From: Podarcis melisellensis
Lineage: Eukaryota
NCBI GenBank assembly: GCA_964234715.1
Contig: OZ174275.1
Strand: one strand, 5' to 3'
Length of the DNA: 64,000 nucleotides
Under the pieces are notes generated by a model, which saw nothing but the letters and a program-made list of their open reading frames with translations, was not told the DNA's origin and ran no database searches. Of this stretch, positions 1 to 16,934 are shown in pieces. Every line of letters begins with the position of its first letter. Position 1 is the stretch's first letter. The translations under genes were made by a program, and so were the position numbers.

Positions 1-1968
1 AGTGGAGAGCATGTTGTGGAGAAGCATTTGACCGAATGATTCCCCCATCCACAGCCTAAAGCAATGCAATCTGAAAACGGGTTTACCATGGCAGCAATGT
101 TACAACTGTAGCTAGTTATTGTAGGCAGGGAGCCCCACTCCCAAGTGTGGATTTTCCTCCCCGCACCATTCCTGGTATGTAGCTTTCCTATTTCCCTGCC
201 GGTCAGTTTGGCTCCTCTAGCTCTACCAATATTACTTGCTCTGAGCATCCAACGGGTTCTTTCTCCCTCTCTCTCAATGGCGGAAGTGGGAGGTGACTGA
301 AAGCAGAATGATCTATGTGCCTAGGCCCATTCAGCTTGAGTGCTGGAGATGGGCCAGAACTGTCACAGCAAGAAGATTGCTAACTCCATGGGCTGGGTTG
401 CCCAACAGGCTGGGTGGCTCTGTAAACAGCTACCCTCCCTGACCCTGACCTAAATTATGGTGGCAAGACCCACACTGCACCGGCTGGCATAAACTCACCA
501 GTCACAGGAGATCCTCGGGAATGTTCCCTTGGGCTGTTGCCTGCTTGGCCACTACAATATGACATGATGATGACTTGCAGTTAGAGTCAGGGCTGCCTTG
601 AGTCAGCAACCTGAGTGTGTTGGCTTCGTGTCCCCTGATCTGGCTATTCCCTGCCCTTCCAATTTCCTCTCACACACTCCAATTCTGCTTCCCATTCAGT
701 GGGTCTGTGCAAGCCTTCATCAGCATGCTGCTGTTTTTTGTGTTATGAATTGCCTCCCACATGCATCCCAAGGTGATGTACAAAATATAACTAAAAGCCA
801 GTTACAAAAAATAACAGAGGAGCTTTACAAATGATACAAAACAGACACAAATGGCCTATTCATCCCGCTGGGAAAGCCTGACAGAAAAGTCATTCTGAGC
901 ATTCAGATCTAATTTTGAATAAGTGAGCCCTACGCAGGCCTATCATCACTGTCTTGGCTGCCAGGCGGGAGGTGACTAGATGTCACCTGTGTGGGGATCC
1001 AGGCGCCTTTGCCCTGGGGACAGGGAGAGGGAATGAGAATGAATTCTCATGTTTTGCCCTGATGTGGTTCCCTAGGTTGGGTAGTGCTAGAATGTGGTTT
1101 ATGAAATGCGTAGAATAAATATGTGTGCCGTGTGAAGCAGGAGAGAGGAGAATGCTGAAGAAACCTCTATGCATTTTTAATAAACTCTGGATTGTGGGCG
1201 TAAGAGGCTGGAAGTGCCGACCGAGTGACTGCTTCTGCTCATTCCCCTGTGGCTTCCGTGCGCAATAGACAGCTTAACAAAGCTGCTAAATGTTTTGTTC
1301 ACTCCAGTCACTGCTGCACCAAATTCTAAAAGCACCACAACGTGACCAAATTAGGGATAGATTGGCACTCTTCAGTGCAATGCACAGCTCAGGTGCATTC
1401 CCTCCAATCTACCCAATTTGCTTTGGCACTACATTTTTGGAAATGGATTGTGATTCTGCCCCATGTCCTGTAACTCGGGGGTGGGGAACCTCTAGCAGTT
1501 TGGATACTAGAGATTTGCATCCAGCCAGCTTGACTAGTGGTCCAGGATAATGGCAGTTTTAATTCAGAGGCCTCTGGATGACTGTATTCCTGACTGTCAT
1601 GCTACAACGTTGCTGCTGCCTGGTTTGGTTGACTAGAGGCAAAACCACACCAAGATACAGAGTTATTTTGCATCTAGTGTTCATTTAAACTGCCACTGTG
1701 AAATTCTCTAGATCACTTGCCCCAATGGGTGTCTACTCCTCTCAGGTGAATTGCAAGGGCAGAAATTGCCAACCTGGGGTCTACAGGTACTGTGGTCCCC
1801 ATGGACACCCATAGGCCACCATGTATTTATGGATTATTTTTTAATGGCAAGCACTTCCTTCACATGTGTGTGCACTCAAGTATTCTTTGTATTTGTGTGA
1901 TTGAGAGAAATCCACTTGGGCAGTGAGAAAGGGAAAGATTATGGGGCTCCCTTTTATATTTTTACTGG

Positions 1969-2120
1969 TACAGGCTATATTGGTTGTCGAACGTCCTGGG
2001 ACTCGGACGTTTTGGCTCCCAAACACGGCAAACCCAAAAGTGATTGTTTCAGCTTGCGAACGTTCCTTTGGAACCCGAATGTCTGACGGGGCTTCCATGG
2101 CTTATGATTGGCTACAGGCG
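1969..2120. mobile_element. Degenerate Tc1/mariner-type MITE remnant
   Basis: Begins TA-CAG...TTGGTTGTCGAACG, resembling the TACAGTGGTACCT- end of the element at 43787, and is locally CpG-rich. The second terminal inverted repeat (TIR) was not found. Confidence 0.35.
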
Positions 2121-2268
2121 CTGGTTGTCTGGAGGGGAGCAAAAAATACTCTCACTTTTTTGTTATGCCATGCTCACACAGCACTGGCTCAGAATTCAAA
2201 ATGTGCCCAGTGGACCAAAAATGTTGGCAACCCTTTAGCAAGGGAAGGGCATTCAGCTAAAACAGTAG

Positions 2269-5169
<2,901 letters not shown>

Positions 5170-5208
5170 CTCTAGATGCTGCACATTGTCTGATGGACCT
5201 TCATTTTC

Positions 5209-5214
5209 AATAAA
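5209..5214 (+). terminator. Candidate poly(A) signal of TUBA4A (further AATAAA at 5511-5516 and 5654-5659)
   Basis: AATAAA about 40 nt after the stop codon, followed by GT/T-rich sequence. Confidence 0.6.
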
Positions 5215-6503
5215 GTATGTTTGGTTTTATCTGAATTTCTGTGGTATGCCTCTTTCTTGAATAGGGTTACAGCTTCACCTTGCTGGTGGAACAGCTTCAA
5301 GTGCTGTTCATTGCCACATAATGACCATTTCCTTCCACACACCTTGAAAGATGTAGAAAAGAGAAGGTGCATGCCATAGCAGCTAAGGCTGAGCAAATTG
5401 GTGGCACAACATTGCACCATGGAGACTACATGGGCTATTTATATCCTGCCCTTCCCCATAGTCTTTAGACAGGTCTTATACTTCACCAAGTTAAAACAAA
5501 TTATGTGCCCAATAAAATTGATATAGTCAAATCATGCATACTAGCATATTATTTTCTCCAAGTGCCGCCATCACCACAACCACCCTGATTTGGTACAAAA
5601 CTTTAAACCAGAATTAGGAAAGTGAAATGAGGTTCACAAACAAGAACGGGACAAATAAAAGTGAGGAATCTCACTGACTGTAGGCAGCTTTATGCGCCTC
5701 CTTTCTTGGCACTGGAGATTCTGTTTTGCCTCATATATTCTGACAATAACTAGCTTTTTCCCCACACACAAAAAGTCCTGAAGATAGCAGAAGTAGGATA
5801 TCGAGCTATTATAAAACATCTCTCTCCCACCCTTTCCCTAAAACTCTTGAGTAGCATTTTAATTGCACAACGACCTTGCAAAGTGGATTGGATGTGACTT
5901 TGCCCCAAACAAGGGTAAAACTTTATGCATAGGTAAGGATTTAATTCTGCATCTCATCACAATACTTCCTTTGGATACCCACTGCAGGAAGATCCCCAGC
6001 AATCTCCTATCCAGGCTGAAATCTCATTAAAGTTAACACCACCCCTGCCTTGAACGGGGATATATTCCCTGTATTCCAGTCTGCCACCACTGACCCCTCT
6101 GCATACTACACTGCGTAGGATAGACACATCCCCTGAAGAGTTTGGAGAAATGCTGAATTGTACTTTTATAGGCTTCTCAACCATAAAATCAAAGACTGGT
6201 GTATGTTCTGCTGAAGATGTCACTCTCTTTTACCCTCTCCTAGCTCTACTTTCAAATGTTTAGCTGCTTGCAGGCATACCTTGCCTAGAACGCCTTAGGC
6301 TCCAGTTCTTAGACAAGTGAGGAGTCATACAAAGTTTTAAAGATAAAGACCAGTGAGATCAGCGAGACAGATGGGAGTGGGCCTCACCTTAACTGTGAAA
6401 TTAGGGGTAGGATTTATGTACTCCAGATGAAAATTGTTTGCTTTTCCTCGATTGGCTGCTGCTTCTCTGGACAAAGCACTTATTCATTCTTCCAGGAGCA
6501 AAG

Positions 6504-6548
6504 GAGGGGGGAGGCATTGAGTGGAAGAGGGGGGGAGGCATTGAGTGG
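6504..6548. repeat. Short tandem duplication (GGGGGGAGGCATTGAGTGG x2)
   Basis: Two adjacent near-identical G-rich units are directly visible. Confidence 0.7.
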
Positions 6549-6986
6549 TTACACCCAACCTGAAAATGTGCTGGCTGCAAGTCAGGTCTGGCAAGGCCTC
6601 TGTAAACTGCTTTGCCCTCCAGGCAGACAGCCAGTCCTCTCTCTTCTTGCCTGCCCCCATGGCTGCTTTGACTATACATGGGCTATATAGCATAGGAATC
6701 TCAAAACTAGAAGTTCCCCTCTTTACCTACTCTCGCAATAGGTGGTGGAGGATGTGTGAACCCCTTTCTGTACAACCCCTACTTGATGAAGGGCCAAAGA
6801 ATCTCGAATTGCTGACACACTCTTCAGTCTGAATGCCTTAACTGCACTAACAGCAGTTGCCATCCCTGCTGTTTAATACATGGCTAAAGTGCCTGATGTG
6901 TGTTCTGTTTCACATACACAGAAGTTTAGTACTGAGACCAAATACATCATACTGTATTTGACTTTCATTGATGAGAAACATTTCTA

Positions 6987-6989
<3 letters not shown>

Positions 6990-7019
<30 letters not shown>
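6990..7019. repeat. (GT)15 microsatellite
   Basis: Direct reading. Confidence 0.95.
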
Positions 7020-7021
<2 letters not shown>

Positions 7022-7419
7022 GTGTCCCTGCCTGCATCCATGAAAGCTGGTGCAGTAATAACATGAGCTTTCAAGGTCTTTTAAGACTCTCTTGTGAGTT
7101 TGCTCCAACAGACTCAACACAACTCTTGTTCTGAAAATTGACTCACACCTTGGTCAAGGTAGACATGATTTCCTACCCCACACAGATCTTTTCAGCTCTG
7201 AATAATTAGCAGCTGTAGCATAGAGCATATAAAACACACAAATGTTTACACAATGCAGTTTTTCTAGCCAGAAAAGATGGTAAAGCTACCAGGAATACAA
7301 CAAGAAGTAGACAATAGTATAAGGAGTAAAAACTACACCATGGTTGCCCCCCCTCCCCCCCAAGTTTATATATTTGCAAATCACATACTAAATATGTTGA
7401 TACAGCTGAGTATGAAGAC

Positions 7420-7425
7420 TTTATT
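7420..7425 (-). terminator. Candidate poly(A) signal of STK16
   Basis: TTTATT on + (AATAAA on -) about 400 nt downstream of the STK16 stop. Confidence 0.45.
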
Positions 7426-7830
7426 TGACATGACAGGCCCAGAAGACATGCCTGTACCAAAACAAATAAGACACCAGCTTCTTAAATCATTCATCTAGAA
7501 GCTGTACTTGAGTACAGAATGCTGGGTTCTCTTTCCCAGCCGGTGATGAGGTATCTTGGTCCCTTGTAAGAGCAGCATCCTGCTGCTTTAGGGAGGTGGC
7601 TGACCATGGCCTACAACGCAGGTGAAGCCCAGTAAGGTGCATTCTAGGCCACCTGTGAGAATGGCAGGAGGACCTTCAAGCAAGTTCCAAGGCAGGCGAT
7701 GGCCCCACTGTGGAAGAGTTTCCGAATGAAGCCTTGTCCAGTCTTTCCTGTAAATTTTGAACCACTGGAGGTCCCCCACGTGGGCTTCAGTTCCTTTGCT
7801 GCCTCCATGCTTACCCCACACACTCTGGGC

Positions 7831-10800
7831 TCAGATGCGTGTCATGTCCTGCCCGGTGGGAGGTGGTTGTATCGCTTCAAGCTGGCCTATGATGTCAGTG
7901 ATGAATGGGCGCTCCTGGGGATTCACCACCATCATGGAGGAGAGGAGGCGTTCCAAAGCAGGCGAGTACCTGAAATTCAGAGGTGCTTTGTACCTGGTCT
8001 GTCTTGGATCAAGGACAACCTTCCTTTCACACAGCCATTCCTTACCTGGTATTCTGGGGCACGGTGAGTTGGTTCTGCACCGCCAAGGCCACACTGTCCC
8101 CCTTTTGGAAGATCATGTCGTAAGGCCCCTCTCCAAACATCATACAGTACAGAACGCAGCCTAAGGACTAAGCAGAGGCAAGGTGAGAGTAGGGAGAAAG
8201 CTGGCTCTTGAATGGAAAGGCACCTCAAGGACAGGATCTCCTTGGGGAATTGCATCCTTTGACTTAAGTGACTAAGTGGATTTTTTCCCCTAAATGGAAA
8301 TGGAGGATCCTTACCCAGATGTCAGTACGTTCATCGATGATGCATTCACGCTCCACAGTGAACAGCTCTGGTGCTCTGTATGAGATGGTGCAACGTTGGG
8401 CAGCCCAGTCCTGCAAAATAAATTAGAGGGAAGTCGCTTTGGGCAATATAAAGCGACTGACAAATTTAATAAATAATAAATAAGACAAGAACTTAATCTC
8501 AAATACAGTGTGTGAGAGAGGGAGAGGGAAAGAGAAAGAGAAAGTAAACAGAAGGTCTTCGTCTCAACTTTTTTCCTCAGGAACATTCCTGCAATGCCTA
8601 TAATTTAATGTAGTGGCAGTAGTGTTAAAGTAAATGATTGCAGCTTACCAGAGAAGGAAGGAAGGAAACCTCGGGCTCTGCCTGCCCACAGGCCTCTCAG
8701 TTCTACATATACTTTGAAGTGATTGACATTATGATTTAATGGTGAGAAAGATGATAACTTTCTAAATTAATGACCCATCACAGTTTATATGCTAGTTTAT
8801 TTGCCTCTTGTTGCAGCCCTAACCACGCTATGTGGGATGGAAGGGGGAATACTGTTAATCTTTTGGAGACACAATTTACGGTGACTTTAGTTAAGGAATA
8901 GGTAGCTTCTGAGAACTTCGTGAAGTTTTTTTAAACTGCTCTTTCCTCTGTGAAAACTTTCCATGTTACAGAAGCAAAGATTGCATAGTATCACATGGAT
9001 CGTTTTGCATGGGCAAACAAGATCACAACTTGCTAACATTCCCTTCCACTCTTCTGTTTAATTGCAGGTGTTGAGGGGACTGGTGCCTGCCTGAGCTCCT
9101 TTTACAATTAATCTAATTTAGAGGGTTCTTCACCATCTTTGCTGGAAGCAGCTATTCTCCCATTTCCTTTTCACCAGGCTGCCCTCCTACCTGAATAGTC
9201 ATGGCCTCCCGCAAGCTTTGCACCTCAATGCGGGCCTGATTCATAGAGCCCAGGTCCATCAGCAGCGGTTGGTCCTCATCATCCAGGAGCACATTTGTAG
9301 GCTTCAGGTCTCTGAAAAAAAGATCCTTGATTTGTCCAGCCACAGAACCATCAGAGCTTTGAAGTCAGCTTTGAACCTCTTACGTCCCCAGGCTCTGGCT
9401 TCCCCTATTGCAAATACTGCTCCATGTCAAAATGTGGTTCTTTAGCTTTGCAAACTCCTGTGCTGGTGCTGTCAATATTGATCTATAACTGATCACCTAC
9501 GTCACCCACTTCCTCCGCCCTCCCCAAACATGGGCTCTGTTCCAACGGTGAGAATGCCCCATGCTTTCTAGTCCCAGCTTCTCACCTGTGTGCATAGCCC
9601 TTGTTATGAATGGCCTGCAGGCCCCGGCAGATGCCATGAAGGATGGCCAGGATCCTCTCCTCCGGCATGAAGGCGTCTTTATCTCTCAGAGTTTCAACTT
9701 CCTGCCAAAGGGTCCCTCTCTGCAAAGAAAAGCCCAGGCACGCTGGTGACGGGGATCACACATATTCTCCTCAAAGAATACCGGATGAGGAAGAGATCCT
9801 CTATTAGTGCATTTAATGTATTAGGTACAAACCCTCCACCTGCACAGGGTTGAAGGAAGTGATTTCCTAGAGGATGGCACCATCCCCACTCCAATATGAC
9901 CGAGAAGATGCAAAAAAAAGCTTTTGGGGACAGCAGCTTTGGAGCCAGCCTGATTGCCTAACCATTCCAAGAGGCACTTATTTCTGCTTTACTATGGGTC
10001 ACCATGCTTCCAGCTCTGAACTTGCCCTAGCACTCTGCTGGGGTCTGCTGTTTTTAGGTGACTATTGTTGTGGAGCTTTCTGCCAGGGCCAAAATGCAAG
10101 CATAGCAGAAATTTGGGAGCACAGTTGAGCACAGCACAGTGGAGTAAAACTACAATAAAGACAACCTTTGCTTTCAGCTTACTGATCTGGGCTGAATTTA
10201 GGAAAGGAATGGATGCCTGAAGCTCCAAGCTGACTTCACAGGGGTGCTGCCATGCCCACCACATTAAGGGGTGTGTAGAGAAAAAACAGATCAGATTATG
10301 GCACCCGCCACAAAATCTCATGTGCTGCCATGTTACTAAATCCTTTCAAACTGAAGTAGCAAAGTCTGTAAAAGCAGACGGAGGTCCTTTATCACAGAGG
10401 ACAGCTCTGGAATCTGGTCCAGTAGAAGTCAAGGAGAATAACATGCGCTCTGAGGCTCTGGCAGCCAAAAATGAGATGAATCTCAGGGTTCAGCTTGTCC
10501 CTTATGCTGTCTAGTAGAAACATGAAAACTACTGGGAAAGATTATCCAAGGATTTGGGACTGGGTACCATCTATATGCTGATGACACCCTTTCCATTCTG
10601 TACCCTGGGAAACCTCTATTGGTTTACTTTTTAAACTTGTGATTGCAGGCCACCTGGGGTGGGAGTCCAAAGGGCAAGATGAAAACAATTTTATAAATAA
10701 ATGCTATGGGACCAATTGCAACTGGTGTAGAAGCAGGGTTCCATCAAGTGGCTCCATCCTGAAAATGGCCTCATGTATCCATCCTTGGTGGGAACCAGGC

Positions 10801-12290
10801 GGCTGCTGGAAGAGACCAACCTCTGCAGCTACCGTCCCAGTATACAACACCTCTCAGCCTTGCATGATGTAGCCACAAATACTACATTTCCCAGCATGCA
10901 CTGCTGTATCCACCTGCACCTTCCACCCACACTCACCTTCAGGAAAGGCAACAGGAGCCAGGCCTCGTGTTTGGATCCCCTCTCCACCATGGCATGTGCA
11001 CACAGGGTCAGGATGTTGGGATGCTCAAAGAGAAGGTGCATTTCGACCTCATGCATGGCCTCTTGGCGATCATCCTTGTCATGGCATATGATGCGTTTCA
11101 GTGCATAGAAGCGCCCATCGTGCAGCCCTTCTACTAGGTCCACGTAGCTAAAACCTCTGTGTGGGGAGAAGGTATGTCAGGAACAGAGCAGGCAGCTTGG
11201 TGGGGGGGGGAAGGATTTTTCCTCTCCTCTCCTGCTGTCTGTACACACAGGCCTCTGCTCCTGCCCACCTCTAATCTAACAAAGTAGTGCCATTACCACT
11301 CAGAATAGGAGATTTTTAAAAAGAGGAAATTATGTAACCTTCCTCTCCAACAATCAACTGAGGAATAAGGCATTAATTTCATGCTGTGGCACAGGAAAGT
11401 ATTTGTGCTCCTCTCTATCCATCATCACAGCTGGCAAACAATGCAAAAATACACAGCGATTTAACAGGCTTATCAATAACAATGAGGGTTCCAACCATAC
11501 ACTGAAAGTGTCTCTAACCCATTGGGAATGAAGGTTGGAGGATAGATCACCCTACATCCTGACGCTTCCTGCAGTTTCATCTGAAACATCAGACATTTGC
11601 AGTCATCAGAAAACACCACCACCACCGAGCTGGTCTGACAGCCTAGCAGTTCAGTGTGTTTTAGTTATCTAAAGGATGACACAGAGGAGTGAGGATGTCT
11701 GTTTACCAAGACTACTGAGGGAAGACCAGCAGGTTCAAATTGCAGCAAAGAAGACTTTGGTTACATATCAGGAATAAACTTTCCAACTGTAATGAATGAG
11801 TAAGCAACGGACCAAGTTGTTCAGAGTAGTTGTAGCTGCCTGCAGAAATATTTGCTGCTTAATCCTAAGCACATTTACTCAGAAGTAAGTTCAAAGGAGC
11901 TTACACCAAAGCATAAAAAAAATTGAGGGGTGATTTGTACAGGATGAATATTGCCTCTGCAGTGGATTTGGTAGATGGGGTGGGATGAGGAATATGTGTC
12001 CTCCAGTCACAACCAATATGGACAGTGGTCAAAGATGATGGAAGCTGAAATCCAACAGCATCTCAAGTGCCACAGAATCCCCACCACTGGATTACACGGA
12101 TCCTAGATGATGTACCTTTCAGCTTTATCTCTTGCTAACAATGACAGTGCTCAATGTGTAGATGAGATGTGTGAAAACTTAGTCCTCAGTTCTCATATAC
12201 TCACCCCTCCCCAAGTCTATGGATCAAAAGGTAACGTTTGTTATTGATGGTGATGGTTCCCCTTGAGCAGATACATAGGGCTTGGCCCAT
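7831..12290 (-). CDS. STK16: Serine/threonine-protein kinase 16; complement(join(7831..7969,8046..8167,8315..8410,9191..9311,9586..9719,10937..11156,12205..12290))
   Basis: MGQALCICSRG N-terminus (myristoyl Gly2, palmitoyl Cys6/Cys8), GEGGFSYV, YALKRI, HRDLKPTN, MDLGS, DWAAQRCTISYRAPELF, C-terminus QPPPTGQDMTRI*. Seven GT-AG coding exons total 918 nt = 305 aa plus stop. Confidence 0.96.
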
Positions 12291-13939
12291 GATGGTTGCT
12301 CCAACATCCTTCAGGTCCTACAGAGGGAAAGAAAGCAATATTTATTCATTTATAATATTTTGTCTCCTGCCTTTTCATACATGATGCTGAAGATGACTAA
12401 CAGCATTAACAATTTGAAGGGGCTGCATCCAACAAAATCTTTGTGTTCCTGTGAGGACTTCTGCTTGTGCATTAGAATTTCCCCTCTTCTTCCCATGCTC
12501 CACTCCACAATCTGCTCCTGAGGATTGGGGGGGGGGAACCCAGAGGATACGTGTGGGGGATGCAGAAAGAGGGCAAGTTCCATTGCACAAGCTGAAGTTC
12601 TTGCAAGAATGGGACAGCTTCACTGGATACAACTCATAGTATAACAAATACAATGGAAACTCCAATTAATAAATATGAAAGGAATTAAAGCCAGCACCCA
12701 GCTGAAAGCTAAAAACTTGCACTGTAAATAATAAAATAAAATAAAATAGGTCAGTCAGTGACAGTGCATCAGAGACAAGTCAAGATGGGTCTAGGGATGG
12801 AACTCCAGAGACTGAGTGCAGCCACTGAGAAGGCCCTGTCCCACAAGAAATGCACCTCAGCTATTGGTGGAACGTGGACAGGCCTTTCTCACAAAGATCT
12901 TAATACATGAGCACTTTCATAGCGGAACAGACAATCCTTCAACCTAACTTCTAGAGTTAAAAGGGCGTACAAGACAATCTAAGACCTTTCTCTTGCCTAA
13001 AGATAGGAGTGTTCACTTACCAGTCTCCTGTTCCCTAATTAACATGTGCAATTGAACGGCAGCATCCACAAAACTGGCACCAAGAAAGCAAATGATCCTA
13101 GGTGCCTCAAGCAAACAGGTGCTGCGGGGAAACAAATTATCCACCCTCTCATCACTGAATCTGCTGGCGGATTGAAGAAGAGTATGTCTAGTTAATTTCC
13201 CACTTCAAATGTGATGATCAGTCACAACTCAAGATTGAAAAAAATATATTCACTGTATCTTCCAAAAGCAAATAGCTTGCTTATGTGGAAATGAGACTGC
13301 AACTTCGTTCATTCAGGATTCTATCTCTAGTTACAGCAGTCTCTCCCCGCTCCATCCCCAGAGAAAGGGAAAACCCAATTTTTCATCTGAGCAGGAAAAA
13401 AATGCATACCATGCAGCACATGTCTATGATGGCCCATAACTGGTATCACCTTAGGCACAAGTAAGTCCTACTGAATCCAATGTGGCTTAGTCCAAGGTAA
13501 ATGGAGTTAGGATTGCAATCTAAATTGTGACACCAGCTGAATTATATAAACAGAGAACTCCACTCAGGCAAGGAGAGGAAGTGAAAATGTTTTAGTGAAT
13601 GGCTACTAGTAGTGTGTTACAGTTTACAGTTTTTAAAGTGCAAGTAATAAATGAAACATTTTGGAAACACCCATGGCAAGCTCCCTATAACACAGTACTG
13701 TACATGCCTTTGTAAATTAAACAGTTTCTCACACTGGTTGGTATCTGGGGTCCGAGGAGACCTAGTTTTTCCTCTCTCTTCAGGTGACAGCTGGCAACGA
13801 CAGCTCACTTTACAAACACATGACACCAGCTTCCTACTCAAGTGACCTCCAATTGAATCATTCCGATTTGAACGAGAGGCTGCATTCCGGAGTAGGTGGA
13901 GGAGGGGCAGAAACAGCAGAGATCAGCTTCCCCACCACC

Positions 13940-14640
13940 CAGGAGAAAACCACGCGTGGGCGCTCCTGGGATGAAGGCTTTGTTACCAACATCTCCCTCC
14001 CTCCGCAGTGCGGTGCCTAAGCTGACTCCGCCACGAGCGAGGGGGCATACACTCTGTACATGGCTGGAGGCACGTTCGCTTTCGTTGTTATGTCATTTTG
14101 TTCCAGTGCTGAGCCCGGACATTCGGACTAGGCTCCCGGAGTTGAGCCCGGGCTCAAAATGAGGAGGAAGGGAGCTGAAGCATTGCCTTGAGGAGCCCAC
14201 GCGAAGCTCTCTTTCTGGCCCCAGAAGGCTGGAGCCAGGAATAGTGGAAGCCCACGACCCTGTCACTTTTCCTAAGGCCCCGCCTACCTGCGGAGATGGG
14301 GCGGGGCCGGGACGGGGGCGGAGAGGAATGGGCTAAGGACTCACCCGTCTCTGTCCGGCGCACGGACGCTTCCGAGGGAGCTACAGCGCGACAGAAGCCG
14401 CGCACTCCGCCTCTCGACGTCATTATTCCGCGCCATCCGCACTGCCGCCCGCAGAAGGTAGCCTAGCAACCGTTCAAGGGGGCGGAGCAGGAGTTGCGGG
14501 AGCGAAGGGCAGGGAGCGTGGAAGGGAGGAAACCGAACAGGAAATGGGGGGAGGGGTAGCAAAAAAAAAGAGTTACAGGAGCAGAATGTCCTAGTTTAGG
14601 GGACAGAGTGTTGTGGTTGGGCGCGGTTAGTGGATTCTGG
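13940..14640. promoter_or_regulatory. CpG island / bidirectional promoter of STK16 (-) and GLB1L (+)
   Basis: High CpG density, several GGGGCGG GC boxes, CRE-like CGACGTCA (~14415-14422) and RFX-like CCTAGCAAC (14462-14470). A minus-strand donor GTGAGT at 14339-14344 fits a non-coding STK16 exon 1, which would splice to the exon starting at 12317. Confidence 0.8.
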
Positions 14641-14983
14641 ATCCCCATGCGTGTTTACTGAGGAGTAAATGTGTTGAATTCAGTGAGGCTTATTCCCAAG
14701 TAAATGCACACCGTCATAAACACTGGTTTACCTCACAGGGCTGTTGTGAAGATTTGTTATTCCTTTTTTCATAAAATTTGCACACCTCTTGTTTCTTTAA
14801 CCCCTCGCCTTCTGAATCCTATGTAAGGCTTCAACATTTTATTTTTTTGTTACGTTTTTAACCTAGTACTCCTCTCTAAAGAGCTGTATATGCCGCCGCC
14901 CCTCTTTATCCTCAACAACCCTGTGAGGTAGGGTAGGCCGGTGGTGGCTAGCCCAAGATTGTTAAGCTAACTTGGTGTTTGAG

Positions 14984-15675
14984 TATAAGGGAGTCATTGG
15001 AGCACCCCACAATTGCCTAACTTTGGCTCCCATAGGTTCAGGTTGGGGGTCACAAGCAAGAGACTTTAGCCAGGAGATTGAAGGAAAGCAGTGGCCAGTA
15101 GGCCTGATCTTTATTGTTGCAACAAGACTACCACATGGAAGAAGCAGAGAGAAGTCCCAAACAAATGGTGGCTCCCAGTTTTTATAAGTTTCTCAACTTA
15201 CGCATAACACTCTTAGTAAAACATCATACATTTATCATAACTATGTCATAAATTGGGAGGGGTCTTCTGGCAGAAGCCAGAGCACCAGGCTTACCCTGTC
15301 CTCACATGACCCCCACCTTCCAATCTTTAGGCGAAACAAAGGTAAGTATTTACATTTTCCTGTTTTCCCAGACAAGTTAAGCACATCCTTTGTCTTGACC
15401 AAGACCCCAATCCACTAAGGTTGGGTTTGGGATTGTTCTTAGAATGACTACCTGTTCTGGTACTCAGGTGCCAGGATGCTAGAGATTATCACCCAAGCAG
15501 TGGGACACACTGAGTAGGGGGTCTCACTCTTCAGGGATTATGGCTGCCCCTACCCATTTCCGAAATTCCTCCCCTGCTAGCCATTTTCCTTCTGAGTAGA
15601 ACAATGTTGGAATGGTGTAAATCTGTCATTGCAGTGATTTTATATAAATTTCTAAAGTTTTCCTATTGACCTAGT
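14984..15675 (-). mobile_element. Probable solo LTR (ERV-like); boundaries approximate
   Basis: On the minus strand TATAAAAA (15179-15186) is followed about 65 nt later by AATAAA (15110-15115), the U3-R-U5 layout. Terminal TG..CA and TSD were not clearly identified. Confidence 0.45.
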
Positions 15676-16934
15676 ACATAGATACATTTATCACTCAATT
15701 GCTACATTTGGTAGCAGGGGCTCTTTGTCTTTGGCTCCTAGTATGGAGAGGCAAGGCTTGTGGTGGTGGGAAAGATCTCTCACCCCCCCCTTCCAATTTC
15801 CCGGTACCATAACAGTTTGGATTTGAATGCATATTTTCTCCCACTAAGTTCACTACACCAGCCACCCACAAGACATGAAGGAGAATTAATTTTACTACCA
15901 CTATGGATGATGATGATAATGATGATAAAAATAATTTCATTTCCTCAGTTCTCAAATATGAATATGAGAAGGGGGCACTCCATATAATGTCCAAGTAATC
16001 CCTCTGACTTAGAATAAAACTAAGGTGGTATTTCTGGAACCTGATGTGTTTCTCATAACTTGTACCAGTCTGTGACTCTTGATGAGACCCATATTCCTAG
16101 AACATCCTATCCCTTTGTGAGGTGGCACAGAATGTGGTGACAACAAAGGTGATATAGCTCTGGTGTGGCAAAGATATGCATCATCCTGCGGGTATACAAA
16201 TGACTCCTGCTGCTGACTGGCCACAGTAATGCAAAGGCCCAGTAAGGAAAAGGTTCTTTAGATGACAGGTGAGTTCTTGTAAGTTGGATGTATTCTATTT
16301 AAAATACATATTAAAATGTCATACACTAAACAAATCTATAATATTAATCATATAAAATGTACCACAGTTGTTCATAGAGTAGTGTAACAAACAGGTAATA
16401 CTATCTTTATTTTTCAGTAGAATATATCCAAAATGATATTAAATCATAGATGACACATACTCTTGTATGTTTTCTTCAGGTTTAATTCTGGGACTGTGCT
16501 TTTGATGCATTCACTGGACTCTGATATTCATGCTCTACTATGTTAATAAGTATTGTACATCATGCCAAATTTAAACACAGCTTTTAAACCACAAACATGC
16601 CACAAACCCAAAATTAACCACAGTCAAGTGATAAGGAGTCAAACCCATTGACAGCATTCCTTAACTGCATTGCCTGCTGCCTAAATATGTGATGTGTTGG
16701 ATAGAAAAGAAAAGCATTCAATTAGTAGACAAGGTTTTGTTTGTGCCTGTTTTTGGGACTGGGCAAGAATCCCCCTCACACCAGTCAGGTTGGTAAGGAC
16801 CCTAGGAGATTTTGGATTTCCCTTGTAGTGTGTAGCTCAACCCATTTGTGTAAGTCTTTTCAAACTATTATCCCTGCATGCACCTTTCTGCAGTGCACTT
16901 GCTCCCTTTTTCTTGGCAAATTATAGTCTGGAAC

